Of a DNA stretch of 64,000 nucleotides, positions 1 through 14,050 are shown piece after piece (the first letter of the stretch is position 1; each line of letters opens with the position of its first letter). Below the pieces are notes generated by a model that was not told the origin of the DNA, ran no database searches, and saw only the letters and a list, made by a program, of their open reading frames with translations. Position numbers and translations under genes: made by a program. This stretch comes from Eledone cirrhosa. Its lineage: Eukaryota. The stretch lies in contig OZ024745.1 in assembly GCA_964016885.1 (NCBI GenBank), positions 21,948,001-22,012,000 of the forward strand, in the 5' to 3' direction.

Positions 1-3000
1 TAGTTATGGTTCTGTTCTGTATAGTTATATTTCTGTTCTATATAGTTATGGTTCTGTTCTATATAGTTATGATTCTGTTCTGTATAATTATGGTTCTGTT
101 CTATATAGTTATGGTTCTGTTCTATATAGTTATATTTCTGTTCTTTATAGTTATTGTTCTGTTCTATATAGTTATGGTTCTGTTCTATCTAGTTATGGTT
201 CTGTTCTATATAGTTATGGTTCTGTTCTATATAGTTATATTTCTGTTCTATATAGTTATTGTTCTGTTCTATATAGTTATGGTTCTGTTCTATATAGTTA
301 TATTTCTGTTCTGTATAGTTATTGTTCTGTTCTATATAGTTTTGGTTCAGTTCTATATAGTTATGGTTCTGTTCTATATAGTTATATTTCTGTTCTATAT
401 AGTTATATTTCTGTTCTATATAGTTATGGTTCTGTTCTGTATAGTTATGGTTCTGTTCTGTATAGTTATGGTACTGTTCTATAAAGTTATGGTCCTGTTC
501 TATATAGTTATGGTCCTGTTCTATATATTTATGGTTCTGTTCTATATAGTTATGGTTCTGTTCTATATAGTTATGGTTCTTTTCTATATAGTTATGGTTC
601 TGTTCTATATAGTTATGGTTCTGTTCTATATAGTTATATTTCTGTTCTATATAGTTATTGTTCTGTTCTATATAGTTATGGTTCTGTTCTATATAGTTAT
701 GGTTCTGTTCTGTATAGTTATGGTTCTGTTCTATATAGTTATGGTTCTGTTCTGTATAGTTATGGTTCTGTTCTATATAGTTATTGTTCTGTTCTATATA
801 GTTATGGTTCTATTCTATATAGTTATGGTTCTGTTCTGTATAGTTATGGTTCTGTTCTATATAGTTATGGTTCTGTTCTGTATAGTTATGGTTCTGTTCT
901 ATATAGTTATGGTTCTGTTCTGTATAGTTATGGTAATGTTCTGTATAGTTATGATTCTGTTCTATACAGTTATATTTCTGTTCTATATAGTTATGGTACT
1001 GTTCTATATAGTTATGGTTCTGTTCTGTATAGTTATGGTTCTGTTCTATATAGTTATGGTTCTGTTCTATATAGTAATGGTTCTGTTCTATATAGTTATG
1101 GTTCTGTTCTATATAGTTATGGTTCTGTTCTATATAGTTATGGCTCTGTTCTATATAGTTATGTTTCTGTTCTATATAGTTATATCTCTGTTCTATATAG
1201 TTATGGTTCTGTTCTGTATAGTTATGGTTCTGTTCTATATAGTTATATTTCTGTTCTATGTAGTTATGGTTCTGTTCTATATAGTTATGGTTCTGTTCTA
1301 TCTAGTTATGGTTCTGTTCTATATAGTTATGGTTCTGTTCTATATAGTTATATTTCTGTTCTATATAGTTATTGTTCTGTTCTATATAGTTATGGTTCTG
1401 TTCTATATAGTTATATTTTTGTTCTGTATAGTTATTGTTCTGTTCTATATCGTTTTGGTTCTGTTCTATATAGTTATGGTTCTGTTCTATATAGTTATAT
1501 TTCTGTTCTATATAGTTATATTTCTGTTCTATATAGTTATGGTTCTGTTCTGTATAGTTATGGTTCTGTTCTGTATAGTTATGGTACTGTTCTATATAGT
1601 TATGATCCTGTTCTATATAGTTATGGTTCTGTTCTATATATTTATGGTTCTGTTCTATATAGTTATGGTTCTGTTCTATATAGTTATGGTTCTTTTCTAT
1701 ATAGTTATGGTTCTGTTCTATATAGTTATGGTTCTGTTCTATATAGTTATATTTCTGTTCTATATAGTTATTGTTCTGTTCTATATAGTTATGGTTCTGT
1801 TCTATATAGTTATGGTTCTGTTCTGTATAGTTATGGTTCTGTTCTATATAGTCATGGTTCTTTTCTATATAGTTATGGTTCTGTTCTATATAGTTATGGT
1901 TCTGTTCTATACAGTTATATTTCTGTTCTATATAGTTATTGTTCTGTTCTATATAGTTATGGTTCTGTTCTATATAGTTATGGTTCTGTTCTGTATAGTT
2001 ATGGTTCTGTTCTATATAGTTATGGTTCTGTTCTGTATAGTTATGGTTCTGTTCTATATAGTTATTGTTCTGTTCTATATAGTTATGGTTCTGTTCTATA
2101 TAGTTATGGTTCTGTTCTGTATAGTTATGGTTCTGTTCTATATAGTTATGGTTCTGTTCTGTATAGTTATGGTTCTGTTCTATGTAGTTATGGTTCTGTT
2201 CTGTATAGTTATGGTACTGTTCTATATAGTTATGATTCTGTTCTATATAGTTATATTTCTGTTCTATATAGTTATGGTACTGTTCTATATAGTTATGGTT
2301 CTGTTCTGTATAGTTATGGTTCTGTTCTATATAGTTATGGTTCTGTTCTATATAGTAATGGTTCTGTTCTATATAGTTATGGTTCTGTTCTATATAGTTA
2401 TGGTTCTGTTCTATATAGTTATGGTTCTGTTCTATATAGTTATGTTTCTGTTCTATATAGTTATATTTCTGTTCTATATAGTTATGGTTCTGTTCTGTAT
2501 AGTTATGGTTCTGTTCTATATAGTTATATTTCTGTTCTATGTAGTTATGGTTCTGTTCTATATAGTTATGGTTCTGTTCTATATAATTATGGTTCTGTTC
2601 TATATAGTTATGGTTCTGTTCTATATAATTATGGTTCTGTTCTATATAGTTATGGTTCTGTTCTGTATAGTAATTGTTCTGTTCTATATAGTTATGGTTC
2701 TGTTTTATATTGTTATGGTACTGTTCTATATATTTATGGTTCTGTTCTGTATTGTTATGGTTCTGTTCTATATAGTTATGGTTCCGTTCTATATAGTTAT
2801 GGTTCTTTTCTATATAGTTATATTTCTGTTCTATATAGTTATGGTTCTGTTCTATATAGTAATTGTTCTGTTCTATATAGTTATATTTCTGTTCTATATA
2901 GTTATGGTTCTTTTCTATATAGTAATGGTTCTGTTCTATATAGTTATGTTTCTGTTCTATATAGTAATGGTTCTGTTCTATATAGTTATGGTTCTGTTCT

Positions 3001-4342
3001 ATATAGTAATGGTTCTCTTCTATATAGTAATTGTTCTGTTCTATATAGTTATGGTTCTGTTCTATATAGTTATGGTTCTGTTCTATATAGTTATGGTTCT
3101 GTTCTATATAGTTATGGTTCTGTTCTATATAGTTATGTTTCTGTTCTATATAGTTATGGTTCTGTTCTATATAGTTATGGTTCTGTTCTATATAGTTATG
3201 GTTCTGTTCTATATAGTTATAGTTCTGTTCTATATAGTTATGGTTCTGTTCTATATAGTTATGGTTCTGTTCTATATAGTTATGATTCTGTTCTATATAG
3301 TTATATTTCTGTTCTATATAGTTATGGTTCTGTTCTATATAGTTATGGTTCTCTTCTATATAGTTATGGTTCTGTTCTATATAGTTATGTTTCTGTTCTA
3401 TACAGTTATGGTTCTGTTCTATATAGTTATGGTTCTGTTCTATATAGTTATATTTCTGTTCTATACAGTTATGGTTCTGTTCTGTATAGTTATGGTTCTG
3501 TTCTATATAGTTTTGGTTCTGTTCTATATAATTATATTTCTGTTCTATATAGTTATGGTTCTGTTCTATATAGTTATGGTTCTGTTCTATATAGTTATGG
3601 TACTGTTCTATATAGTTAGGATCTGTTCTGTATAGTTATGGTTCTGTTCTATATAGTTATGGTTCTGTTCTATATAGTTATGGTTCTGTTCTATATAGTT
3701 ATATTTCTGTTCTATATAGTTATGGTTCTGTTCTATATAGTTATGGTTCTGTTCTATATAGTTATGGTTCTGTTCTATATAGTTATATTTCTGTTCTATA
3801 TAGTTATGGTTCTGTTCTATATAGTTATGGTTCTGTTCTATATAGTTATGGTTCTGTTCTATATAGTTATGTTTCTGTTCTATACAGTTATGGTTCTGTT
3901 CTATATAGTTATGGTTCTGTTCTATATAGTTATATTTCTGTTCTATACAGTTATGGTTCTGTTCTGTATAGTTATGGTTCTGTTCTATATAGTTATGGTT
4001 CTGTTCTATATAATTATATTTCTGTTCTATATAGTTATGGTTCTGTTCTATATAGTTATGGTTCTGTTCTATATAGTTATGGTTCTGTTCTGTATAGTTA
4101 TGGTTCTGTTCTATATAGTTATGGTTCTGTTCTGTATAGTTATGGTTCTGTTCTATATAGTTAGGGATCTTTTCTGTATAGTTATGGTTCTGTTCTATAT
4201 AGTTATGGTTCTGGTCTGTATAGTTATGGTTCTGTTCTATATAGTTAGGGATCTGTTCTGTATAGTTATGGTTCTGTTCTATATAGTTATGGTTCTGTTC
4301 TATATAGTAATGGTTCTGTTCTATATAGTTATATTTCTGTTC
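1..4342. repeat. 21-bp tandem satellite, consensus TAGTTATGGTTCTGTTCTATA (~205 units)
   Basis: Directly visible 21-nt periodicity; it produces the spurious (MVLFYIV)n ORFs 6..3635 and 3638..4519. Confidence 0.97.
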
Positions 4343-5950
4343 AATGCAGTTTTTATTTCTGTCTATATAATTTTAGTATATTTTATTTGTAATTTAGTGT
4401 ATTTTACTTGTATTTTACTTGTATTTTACTTGTATTTTACTTGTATATTCCACTACTGCAGTTGGAATTCTATTATATGTTTCGTTGTAGAATGGGAGTT
4501 TAAAAAAAAATATATTTAATTAATAGTGGGTTATTTTGGGTTATAGTTGGTTATAGTGGGGTTATAGTGGGTTATAGTGGGTTATAGTTGGTTATAGTAG
4601 GTTTATAGTGGGGTTATAAGGTGTTATAGTGGGTTATAGTGGCTTAGAGTGGGGGTATAGTGAGGTTATAGTGGGTTATAGTGGGGTTATAGTCGGTTAT
4701 AGTGGATTATAGTGTGTTTATAGGGAGGGTTATAATAGGGTTATAGTGGGTTATAGTGAGTTATAGTGGGTTATAGCGGGTTATAGTGGGGTTATAGTGG
4801 GTTATAGTGGGTTATAGTGGGGTTATAGTGGGTTATAGAGGGTTATAGTGGGATTATAGTGGGTTATAGTGGGTTATAGTGGGGTTGTAGTGGGTTATAG
4901 TGAGTTATAGTGTGTTATAGTGGGTTATAGTGGGGTTATAGGGGGTTTATAGTAGGGTTATAGTGGGTTATAGTGGGTTATAGAGAGGTTATAGTGGGGT
5001 TATAGTGGTATATATTGAGGTTATAGTGGGTTATATTGGGTTACAGTGAGTTATAGTTGGGTTATAGAGGGCTTATAATGGGTTATATTGGGGTTATAGT
5101 GGGTTATATTGGATTATATTGGGGTTATAGTGGGTTATAGTGGGTTATAGTGGGGTTATAGTGTGTTATAGTGGGGATATAGTGGGTTATAGTGGGGTTA
5201 TAGTGGGGTTATAGTGGGTTATAGTAGGTATAATGGGTTATTGTGGGTTATAGTGGGGTTATAGTGGGCTAAAGTGCGTTATAGTGAGTTATAGTGGGGT
5301 TATAGAGGGGTTATAGTGGGGTTATAATGGAGTTATAGTGGGCTATAGTGGGGTTATAGTGGGTTATAGAGTGTTTATAATGGGTTATAATGTGTGTATA
5401 GTGGAGTTATAGTGGGGTTATAGTGGGGTTATAATGGGTTATAGTGGGGTTATAGTGGGTTATATTCGGTTATAGAGGGGATATAGTGGGTTATAGTGGG
5501 GTTATAGTGGGTGATAATAGGGTTATAGTGGGTTATAGTGGGGTTTTAGTGGGTTATAGTGGAGTTATAGTGGGGGTATAGTGGAGTTATAGTGGGTTAT
5601 AGAGGGGTTATAATGGGTTATAGAGGGTTTATAGAGGGGTAATAGAGGGTTTATAATGGGTTATAATGCGTGTATAGTGGGGTTATAGTGGGTTATAGTG
5701 GGGTTATAGTGGGGTTATAGTGGGTTATAGTAGGTTATAGGGGGTATAGTGGGTTATAGTGGGGGTATAGTAGGGTTATAGTGGGTTATAATGGGTTATA
5801 GTCGGTTATAGTGGGTTGTAGTGGGTTATAGTGGGGTTATAGGGGGGTTATAGGGGGGTTATAGTGGGGTTATAGTGGGAGTATAGAGGGGTTATAGTGG
5901 GGTTATAGTGGGGTTATAGTCCGTTATAGTGGGTTATAGTGGGTTATCAT

Positions 5951-6180
5951 GTGGGTGTGAAGGTGTATGGCCGAGTGGTTAGAGAATTGGATTCGCAATC
6001 GTGAGGTTGTGAGTCGGATTCCCGGGCCGAGCGATGCGTTATGTCCTTGAGCAAGACACTTTATTTCACGTTGCTCCTTCTACCTGGAGTTGCGACCGAT
6101 AGAAAGTATTAGCAATTTGAAAGACCAACGGAAACATTGTTTCCTCGGTCCGATTTGACGAAAGTCGATCGTTCCATTTA
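5951..6180 (+). mobile_element. tRNA-derived SINE (family B) 5' part embedded in the satellite, copy 1
   Basis: A-box TGGCCGAGTGG, degenerate B-box GAGTCGGATTCC, then CCTTGAGCAAGACACTTTATTTCAC; homologous to the dispersed copy at 40943-41122. Confidence 0.85.
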
Positions 6181-7608
6181 TATTGGGGGTAGTGAGGGGG
6201 GTTATAGTGGGTTATAGTGAGGTTATAGGGGGGGTTATAGTAGGGTTATAGTGGGTTATAGTGGGTTATAGAGGGGTTATAGTGGTGTTATAGTGGATTA
6301 TATTGGGGTTACAGTGAGTTATAGTGGGGTTACAGAGGGGTTATAATGGGTTATATTAGAGTTATAGTGGGTTATAGTGGATTATATTGGGGTTATAGTG
6401 GTGTTATGATGGATTATAGTGGGTTATAGTGAGTTATAGTGGGGTTATAGTGGTGTTATGATGGATTATAGTGGGTTATAGTGAGTTATAGTGGGGTTAT
6501 AGTGGGGTTATAGTGGATTATATTGGGGTTATAGTGGGTTATAGTAGGTTACAGTGAGTTATATTGGGGTTATAGATGGGTTATAATGGGTTATATTGGG
6601 GTTATAGTGAGTTATAGTGAATTATATTGGGGTTTTAGTGGGGTCATAGTGGGTTATAGTGGGGATATAGTGGGTAATAGTGGGGTTATAGTGTATTATA
6701 TTGTGGTTATAGTGGGGTTATAGTGGGGTTATAGTGGATTATATTGGGGTTATAGTGGGTTATAGTGGGGTTATAGTGGGTTATAGTGGGGTTATAGTGG
6801 GTTACTATCGGTATAGTCGGTTATAGTGGGTTATAGTGGGATTATAGTGAGCTATAGTGCGTTATAGTTAGTTATAGAGGGGTTATAGTGGGTGTATCGT
6901 GGGGTTATAGTGGGGTTATAGTGGGGTTATAGTGGGGTTATAGTGGGTTATAGAGTGTTTATAGAGGGGTTATAGAGGGTTTATAATGGGTTATAGTGGC
7001 TGTATAGTGGGGTTATAGTGGGGTTATAGTTGGTTATGTTGGGGTTATAGTGGGTTATATTCGGTTATAGGGGGGTTATAGTGGGTTATAGTGGGGTTAT
7101 AGTGGGTTATAATGGGGTTCTAGTGGGTTCTAGTGGGGTTTTAGTGGGTTATAGTGGGGTTATAGTGGGGGTATAGTGGAGTTATAGTAGGTTATAGAGG
7201 GGTTATAATGGGTTATAGAGGGTTTATAGAGGGGTAATAGAGGGTTTATAATGGGTTATAGTGCGTGTATAGTGGGGTTATGGTGGGTTATACTGGGGTT
7301 ATAGTGGGGTTATAGTGGGTTATAGAGGGGTTATAGGGGTTATAGTGGGTTATAGTGGGGGTATAGTGGGGTTATAGTGGGTTATAGAGGGGTTATAGGG
7401 GTTATAGTGGGTTATAGTAGGGTTATAGTGGGGTTATATTGGGTTATAGTGGGTTATAGTCGGTTATAGTGGGTTGTAGTGGGTTATAGTGGGGTTATAG
7501 GGGGGTTATAGGGGGGTTATAGTGGGGTTATAGTGGGAGTATAGAGGGGTTATAGTGGGGTTATAGTGGGGTTATAGTCCGTTATAGTGGGTTATAGTGG
7601 GTTATCAT

Positions 7609-7840
7609 GTGGGTGTGAAGGTGTATGGCCGAGTGGTTAGAGAATTGGATTCGCAATCGTGAGGTTGTGAGTCGGATTCCCGGGCCGAGCGATGCGTTAT
7701 GTCCTTGAGCAAGACACTTTATTTCACGTTGCTCCTTCTACCTGGAGTTGCGACCGATAGAAAGTATTAGCAATTTGAAAGACCAACGGAAACATTGTTT
7801 CCTCGGTCCGATTTGACGAAAGTCGATCGTTCCATTTATA
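7609..7840 (+). mobile_element. tRNA-derived SINE (family B) in the satellite, copy 2
   Basis: Essentially identical to 5951-6180. Confidence 0.85.
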
Positions 7841-9173
7841 TTGGGGGTAGTGAGGGGGTTATAGTGGGTTATAGTGAGGTTATAGGGGGGGGTTATAGTA
7901 GGGTTATAGTGGGTTATAGTGGGTTATAGAGGGGTTATAGTGGTGTTATAGTGGATTATATTGGGGTTACAGTGAGTTATAGTGGGGTTACAGAGGGGTT
8001 ATAATGGGTTATATTAGGGTTATAGTGGGTTATAGTGGGTTATATTGGGGTTATAGTGGTGTTATGATGGATTATAGTGGGTTATAGTGAGTTATAGTGG
8101 GGTTATAGTGGGGTTATAGTGGATTATATTGGGGTTATAGTGGGTTATAGTAGGTTACAGTGAGTTATATTGGGGTTATAGAGGGGTTATAATGTGTTAT
8201 ATTGGGGTTATAGTGAGTTATAGTGAATTATATTGGGGTTTTAGTGGGGTCATAGTGGGTTATAGTGGGGATATAGTGGGTAATAGTGGGGTTATAGTGT
8301 ATTATATTGTGGTTATAGTGGGGTTATAGTGGGGTTATAGTGGATTATATTGGGGTTATAGTGGGTTATAGTGGGGTTATAGTGGGTTATAGTGGGGTTA
8401 TAGTGGGTTACTATGGGTATAGTCGGTTATAGTGGGTTATAGTGGGATTATAGTGGGCTATAGTGCGTTATAGTTAGTTATAGAGGGGTTATAGTGGGTG
8501 TATCGTGGGGTTATAGTGGGGTTATAGTGGGGTTATAGTGGGGTTATAGTGGGGTTATAGTGGGTTATAGAGTGTTTATAGAAGGGTTATAGAGGGTTTA
8601 TAATGGTTTATAGTGGCTGTATAGTGGGGTTATAGTGGGGTTATAGTTGGTTATGTTGGGGTTATAGTGGGTATATTCGATTATAGGGGGGTTATAGTGG
8701 GTTATAGTGGGGTTATAGTGGGTTATAATGGGGTTCTAGTGGGTTCTAGTGGGGTTTTAGTGGGTTATAGTGGGGTTATAGTGGGGGTATAGTGGAGTTA
8801 TAGTGGGTTATAGAGGGGTTATAATGGGTTATAGAGGGTTTATAGAGGGGTAATAGAGGGTTTATAATGGGTTATAGTGCGTGTATAGTGGGGTTATGGT
8901 GGGTTATACTGGGGTTATAGTGTGGTTATAGTGGGTTATAGTGGGTTATAGGGGTTATAGTGGGTTATAGTGGGGGTATAGTGGGGGTATAGTGGGGTTA
9001 TATTGGGTTATAGTGGGTTATAGTCGGTTATAGTGGGTTGTAGTGGGTTATAGTGGGGTTATAGGGGGGTTATAGTGGCGCTATAGTGGGGGTATAGAGG
9101 GCTTATAGTGGGTTATAGTGGGGTTATAGTGGGGTTATAGTGGGGTTATAGTGGGGTTATAGTGGGTTATCAT

Positions 9174-9405
9174 GGGGGTGTGAAGCTGTATGGCCGAGTG
9201 GTTAGAGAATTGGATTCGCAATCGTGAGGCTGTGAGTCGGATTCCCGGGCCGAGCGATGCGTTATGTCCTTGAGCAAGACACTTTATTTCACGTTGCTCC
9301 TTCTACCTGGAGTTGCGACCGATAGAAAGTATTAGCAATTTGAAAGACCAACGGAAACATTGTTTCCTCGGTCCGATTTGACGAAAGTCGATCGTTCCAT
9401 TTACA
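9174..9405 (+). mobile_element. tRNA-derived SINE (family B) in the satellite, copy 3
   Basis: Near-identical to 5951-6180 with a few substitutions. Confidence 0.85.
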
Positions 9406-11665
9406 TTGGGGGTAGAGAGGGGGTTATAGTGGGTTATATTGGGTTATAGTTGGTTATAGTGGGTTATAGTGGGTTATAGTGGGGTTATAGTGGGGTTATA
9501 GTGGGTTATAGTGGGGGTATAGTGGGGTTATAGTGGGTTATAGTAGGGTTATAGTGGGTTATAGTGGGTTATAGAGGGGTTATAGTCAGTTCTAGTGGGG
9601 TAATATTGGGGTTATAGTGGGTTATAGAGGGGTTATCGTGGGTTATAGTGGGTTATAGTGGGTTATAGTGGGGTTATAGTGCGTTATAGAGGGTTATAGT
9701 GAGATCATAGTGGGTTATAGTGGGTTATAGTGGGGTTATAGTGGGATATAGTGGTTATAGTGGTTTATAGTGGGTTATAGTGGGTTATAGTGGATTATAG
9801 TGGGGTTACAGAACGGTTATAATGGGTTATATTAGGGTTATAGTGGGTTATAGTGGATTATAATCGGGTTATAGTGGGGTTATGATGGGTTATAGTGGGT
9901 TATAGTGAGTTATAGTGGGATTATAGTGGGGTTATAGTGGATTATATTGGGGTTATAGTGGGTTATAGTGGGTTACAGTGAGTTATATTGGGTTATAGAG
10001 GGGTTATAATGGGTTATATTGGGGTTATAGTGGGTTATAGTGGATTATATTGGGGTTATAGTGGGGTCATAGTGGGTTATAGTGGGGATATAGTGGGTAA
10101 TAGTGGGTTATAGTGGGGTTATAGTGGGGTTATAGTGGATTATATTGGGGTTATAGTGGGGTTATAATGGGGTTATAGTGGGGTTATAGTTGGTTATATT
10201 GGGGTTATAGTGGGTTATAGTGGGGTTATAGTGGGTTATAGTGGGGTTATAGTGGGTTACTATGGGTATAGTCGGTTATAGTGGGTTATAGTGGGGTTAT
10301 AGTGGGCTATAGTGCGTTATAGTGAGTTATAGTGGGGTTATAGAGGGGTTATAGTGGGTTTTAAATGTGTTATAGTGGGTGTATCGTGGGGTTATAGTGG
10401 GGTTATAGTGAGGTTATAGTGGGTTATAGTGGGGTTATAATGGGTTATAGTCGGTTATAGGGGGGGTTATAGTATGTTATAGTGGGGTTATAGTGGGTTA
10501 TAATGGGGTTATAGTGGGTTATAGTGGGGTTATAGTGGGTTATAGTGGGGTTATAGTGGGGGTATAGTGGAGTTATAGTGGTTATAGAGGGGTTATAGTG
10601 GGTTATAGTGGGGTAGAGTGGGGTTATAGTCGGGTCATAGTGGGGTTATAGTCGGGTCATAGTGGGGTTATAGTGGGTTAAAGTTTGGTTATAGTGGGTT
10701 ATAGTGGGGGGATAGTGGAGTTATAGTGGGTTGTAGAGGGGTTTTATTGTGGTTATAATGGGTTATAGTGGGGTTATAGTTGGTTATAATGGGGTTATAG
10801 TGGATTATAGAGGGTTACAGTGGGGTTATAGTGGGGTTATAGTGTGGGTATAGTGGAGTTATAGTGGGTTATAGAGGGTTTATAGTGGGTTATAGTGGCG
10901 TTATAGTGGGTTATAGTGCGCTTATAGTGGGGGTATAATGGGGGTATAGTGGGGTTATAGTGGGTTATAGTGGGTTTATCGTGGGGTTATAGTGGGGTTA
11001 TAGTGGGATTATAGTGGGTTATAGAGGGGTTATAATGGGTTATAGTCGGTTATAGTGGGGTTATAGTGGGTTATAGTTGGATTATAGTGTGTTATAGTGG
11101 ATTATAGTTGGTTATAGTGGGGTTATAGTGGTTTATAGTGGGGTTATATTGGGGTCTTAGCGGGTTATAGTGGGTTATAGTGGGCTTTTAGTGGGTTATC
11201 GTGGGGTTATAGTGGGGTTATAGTGGGGTTATAGTGGGGGTATTATTGAGTTATAGTGGGTTATAGAGCGGTTATAGTGGGTTATAGTTGGATTATAGTG
11301 TGGTTATAGTGGTGTTATAATGGGCTATAGTAGGGTTATAGTGTGGGGTATAGTAGGCGTAACAGTGGGTTATAGTTGATGCTAGATTGTGGGTTATGCT
11401 TGAGGTATTATTAGAAACCGTATAATTGTTATAGCTAGATGTGTGGAACGAGGAATGTTGTTCGAGAGAGGATTTGATGTAGGTAGCTTGATAAACTATG
11501 TTATTCTGTTAGTGGCGGTTAATTAGAGTGTGAAAGGAGTTCAATTGTATCACGAATAATTGTGTGTATTGAAGTCACTCTGAATTATGGTTTTAAGCAA
11601 AATGCTTAAGTGTTGCTGTTGGGAAAGTTAATTTGATCGGTACTGGCTTTCATTTATTATGTTAA

Positions 11666-11810
11666 AGCATGTCCAGCATAGTTACGTCCCTTTACGGTCT
11701 GAGTTCAAATCCCGTCAAGGTTAATTTTGCCTTTCATCCTTACGGTTCGATAAAATAAAGTACCAGTAATGTACTGGGTAATTGCTGGCCTTGTGCCAAA
11801 ATTAGAAACA
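11666..11810 (+). mobile_element. SINE family A, 5'-truncated
   Basis: B-box-like GAGTTCAAATCCC, central TTTGCCTTTCATCCTTACGG..CGATAAAATAAAGTACCAG, tail AGAAACAATT; candidate TSD ATTATGTTAA on both sides. Confidence 0.85.
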
Positions 11811-12099
11811 ATTATGTTAATGCGTTTCTTGGTATTGGCTTTCATTGGAAATGCCTTTATTTCCAGTGTGTTAGTATGTATTATTAATATTGCAATCTCG
11901 CTGTAGTATAAACTGGTTATACGACTTCATGTATATTATGAGATATCCAACTGAGTCTGGCCTATAATGACTTTATAAAAATGTTAATTAGGAATTTGAG
12001 GAGATCTGTTTTGTTGCAAAATTGTTTTCTTTACTTCCATGACATCAATGGCATGAGTGATGCTAAAGGTATCTAATTCCACACATTTGAACTCTTATG

Positions 12100-12590
12100 A
12101 TGGATTGTTTCGACCAATTTCTTCACTTGCGACTGGAACTCAGCTAGACAGCGACTGCTTGCACATTGGTATTTCCCTAAGGCTCGGCCTCCGCATCTCT
12201 GAGCCTCACAATGTCGCTGCGGTAGCACTGTGGATCCTTTCGGTTTCCACCCACTGTCATGCTATTACAGTGATGGCCACCTCCCACGCTACACTGCTCG
12301 AAAAAGAGACGATAAAGCATGGCCTGGACAGTACAGGCTTCCTTTGCAAGCTCGATCGAGCCAGCAGGGCTAGACTGAGGGGACGGCAAAAGGCCAGACG
12401 GCATCACAATCTTCCAATTCAGCAGGGGTAGGCATTCCGGCATTCTTGTCCCCCGGACTACATCCTTACTCAATGTTATCAGAACGGAGTGGCCGGCCGC
12501 AGGTGCGAGCCCCACGAAGTGGAGTGGCTGTTCCAGCGCATCTCCATCATCGTCCTCCGGGGCAATGTATTCTCCATCCTGTCGGCCAGA
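12100..12590 (+). pseudogene. Decayed CRE-like non-LTR retrotransposon C-terminus (zinc knuckle plus restriction-like endonuclease)
   Basis: Across frameshifts: LDSDCLHIGISLRLGLRISEPH..CRCGSTVDPFGFHPLSC, EPAGLD*GDGKRPDGIT, EWLFQRISIIVLRGNVFSIL. These match the CCHC, RPD and QRGN-type motifs of CRE/RLE elements. Confidence 0.8.
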
Positions 12591-13539
12591 ACCCAGAGGC
12601 GGAAGAGTGTAAGTTAGTTGGAAGTGGAGGATACACGTTCGGACGTCACTTTCTCTACATTTCCCCATATCTATCTAAAAAATATTCTGCCATTATTGTC
12701 AGCAGTTTGTGTTAATGTATTCCTTCGGGTTAGGTAGTGTCCCAATACAACCTTACATCGTAGCCTGGATTGTATAAGTAGCAGGATCAGTGACCCAGCT
12801 ATGGGTTTTATTTTTTTAAGGTCTTTTGCTATGTGGTCCTAAACCTGTGGAGAGTGAGGTCAAATATTGCTTCGTCGATGTTTGTAGGAATTGTGTCATT
12901 GGGTTATTGAGAGAGGTAATATGTCCTATTGCAGAAAGTTTCGAAGTTTCCCTTCTAAGAAGAAGCTGTGTAAATTTAACATGTGTCGCCTGTTGTGGTT
13001 GACGTCTGCAGTTTAAGAAATGGAGAGGAGTATCATCTCCATAGGAAGAAGATGATATCAAGTGGGTCATTAAGTTTGGATATGGTTCTATCAGTATATA
13101 CTAGAATTCTAATTCAAGAGCTGAGTCACATATGGGTAAGGCAAACTTAGTTAAGAGATTCATACGTCAAACACGACCAAATTCAAATATCACGATTGTG
13201 CTTTCTCCGAACTTCATGGGAGTAAGAGATTATTGGTGAGTGACATAGGAGAGCCAGGCCCTGGTTAATATATCTCTATGTAAGCCATACTAGTGGTCAT
13301 TGGGGATGGAAACTTATCCAAAGTATTGGCGATAGTTAACGACTATTTAAATAAGCCTTGTGATGATAGCAATACACTAATTATTGATAAAGTCGAGTTG
13401 TTGAATTCTTTCGGATAGGAGACACAGTGACGTATTTCAGAGAGAGAAATGGAAAGACATTGGAGTTAGGTAAGGAAAGTAGTATAACGTTTAAATTATA
13501 ATGGAAGGGGCTCTGTTAGTGGCGGCAAGTCTTGTTAGT

Positions 13540-14050
13540 TTGAAACAGTCAGATGTGCTTTTAGAGTTGACGTGTTTGTTGATGTGGTGCTTAAACACAG
13601 GGAGCGAAGAATGAAAGGTTTGGAGAAGACTTGTTTAGAGTGTTTAATTATGGAAGTGGAAAGAAGTTGGTTTGCAAATGTGGAAAAATACTCATAGCTT
13701 TTTCATTTCTCTCATAGACAATGAAAAATTAAACAGGGGGGAAAGTTTAGTAAGGTTGATAGGACCAATGTTTAGTTTAGATCGTATACAGATCAAATAT
13801 TGAGAGGGGAACCATTGAGAGATAAATGGCGTGAAGGAATATATAACGATGACGTAATCGGGAGGAAAGCAGCAAAAGTTGTTTGTAGATTGAAATGTTT
13901 TGAAAGTTGAGAAAAGAGTAAAGGGGTTAAGAAAAGAAAAAGAGGACTGAATAAGTAGGATGATCGAGTGAGGATGGTTTCAGTGAGAATTATGTATATT
14001 GAGATGTATAGTGTGTAGAAGAACGCAGGAAAGAGCGTAAAAAATAAAAA
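13540..14050 (-). mobile_element. Possible highly decayed LINE (CR1/L2-like) 3' ORF2 remnant
   Basis: Fragmentary translations LSLNGSPLNI*SVYDL and SSLPVFKHHINKH resemble LINE RT C-terminal motifs; weak support. Confidence 0.25.

Larger units (their letters stand above)
4522..11385. repeat. G-rich 10/11-bp satellite (TTATAGTGGG/TTATAGTGGGG)n with ~1.6-kb higher-order duplication
   Basis: Visible periodicity; the same interrupting SINE block recurs at 5951, 7609 and 9174. Confidence 0.96.

Noticed and set aside
6-4519. 1209-aa and 293-aa hydrophobic ORFs (MVLFYIV)n
   Set aside because: Translation of a 21-bp satellite whose consensus lacks a stop in one frame; no unique domain.
5960-6030. 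tRNA gene
   Set aside because: tRNA-like A/B boxes continue directly into a SINE body and the B box is degenerate; this is a SINE head.
4522-11385. True telomere
   Set aside because: The unit is not TTAGGG, is heterogeneous, and is flanked by other sequence on both sides.
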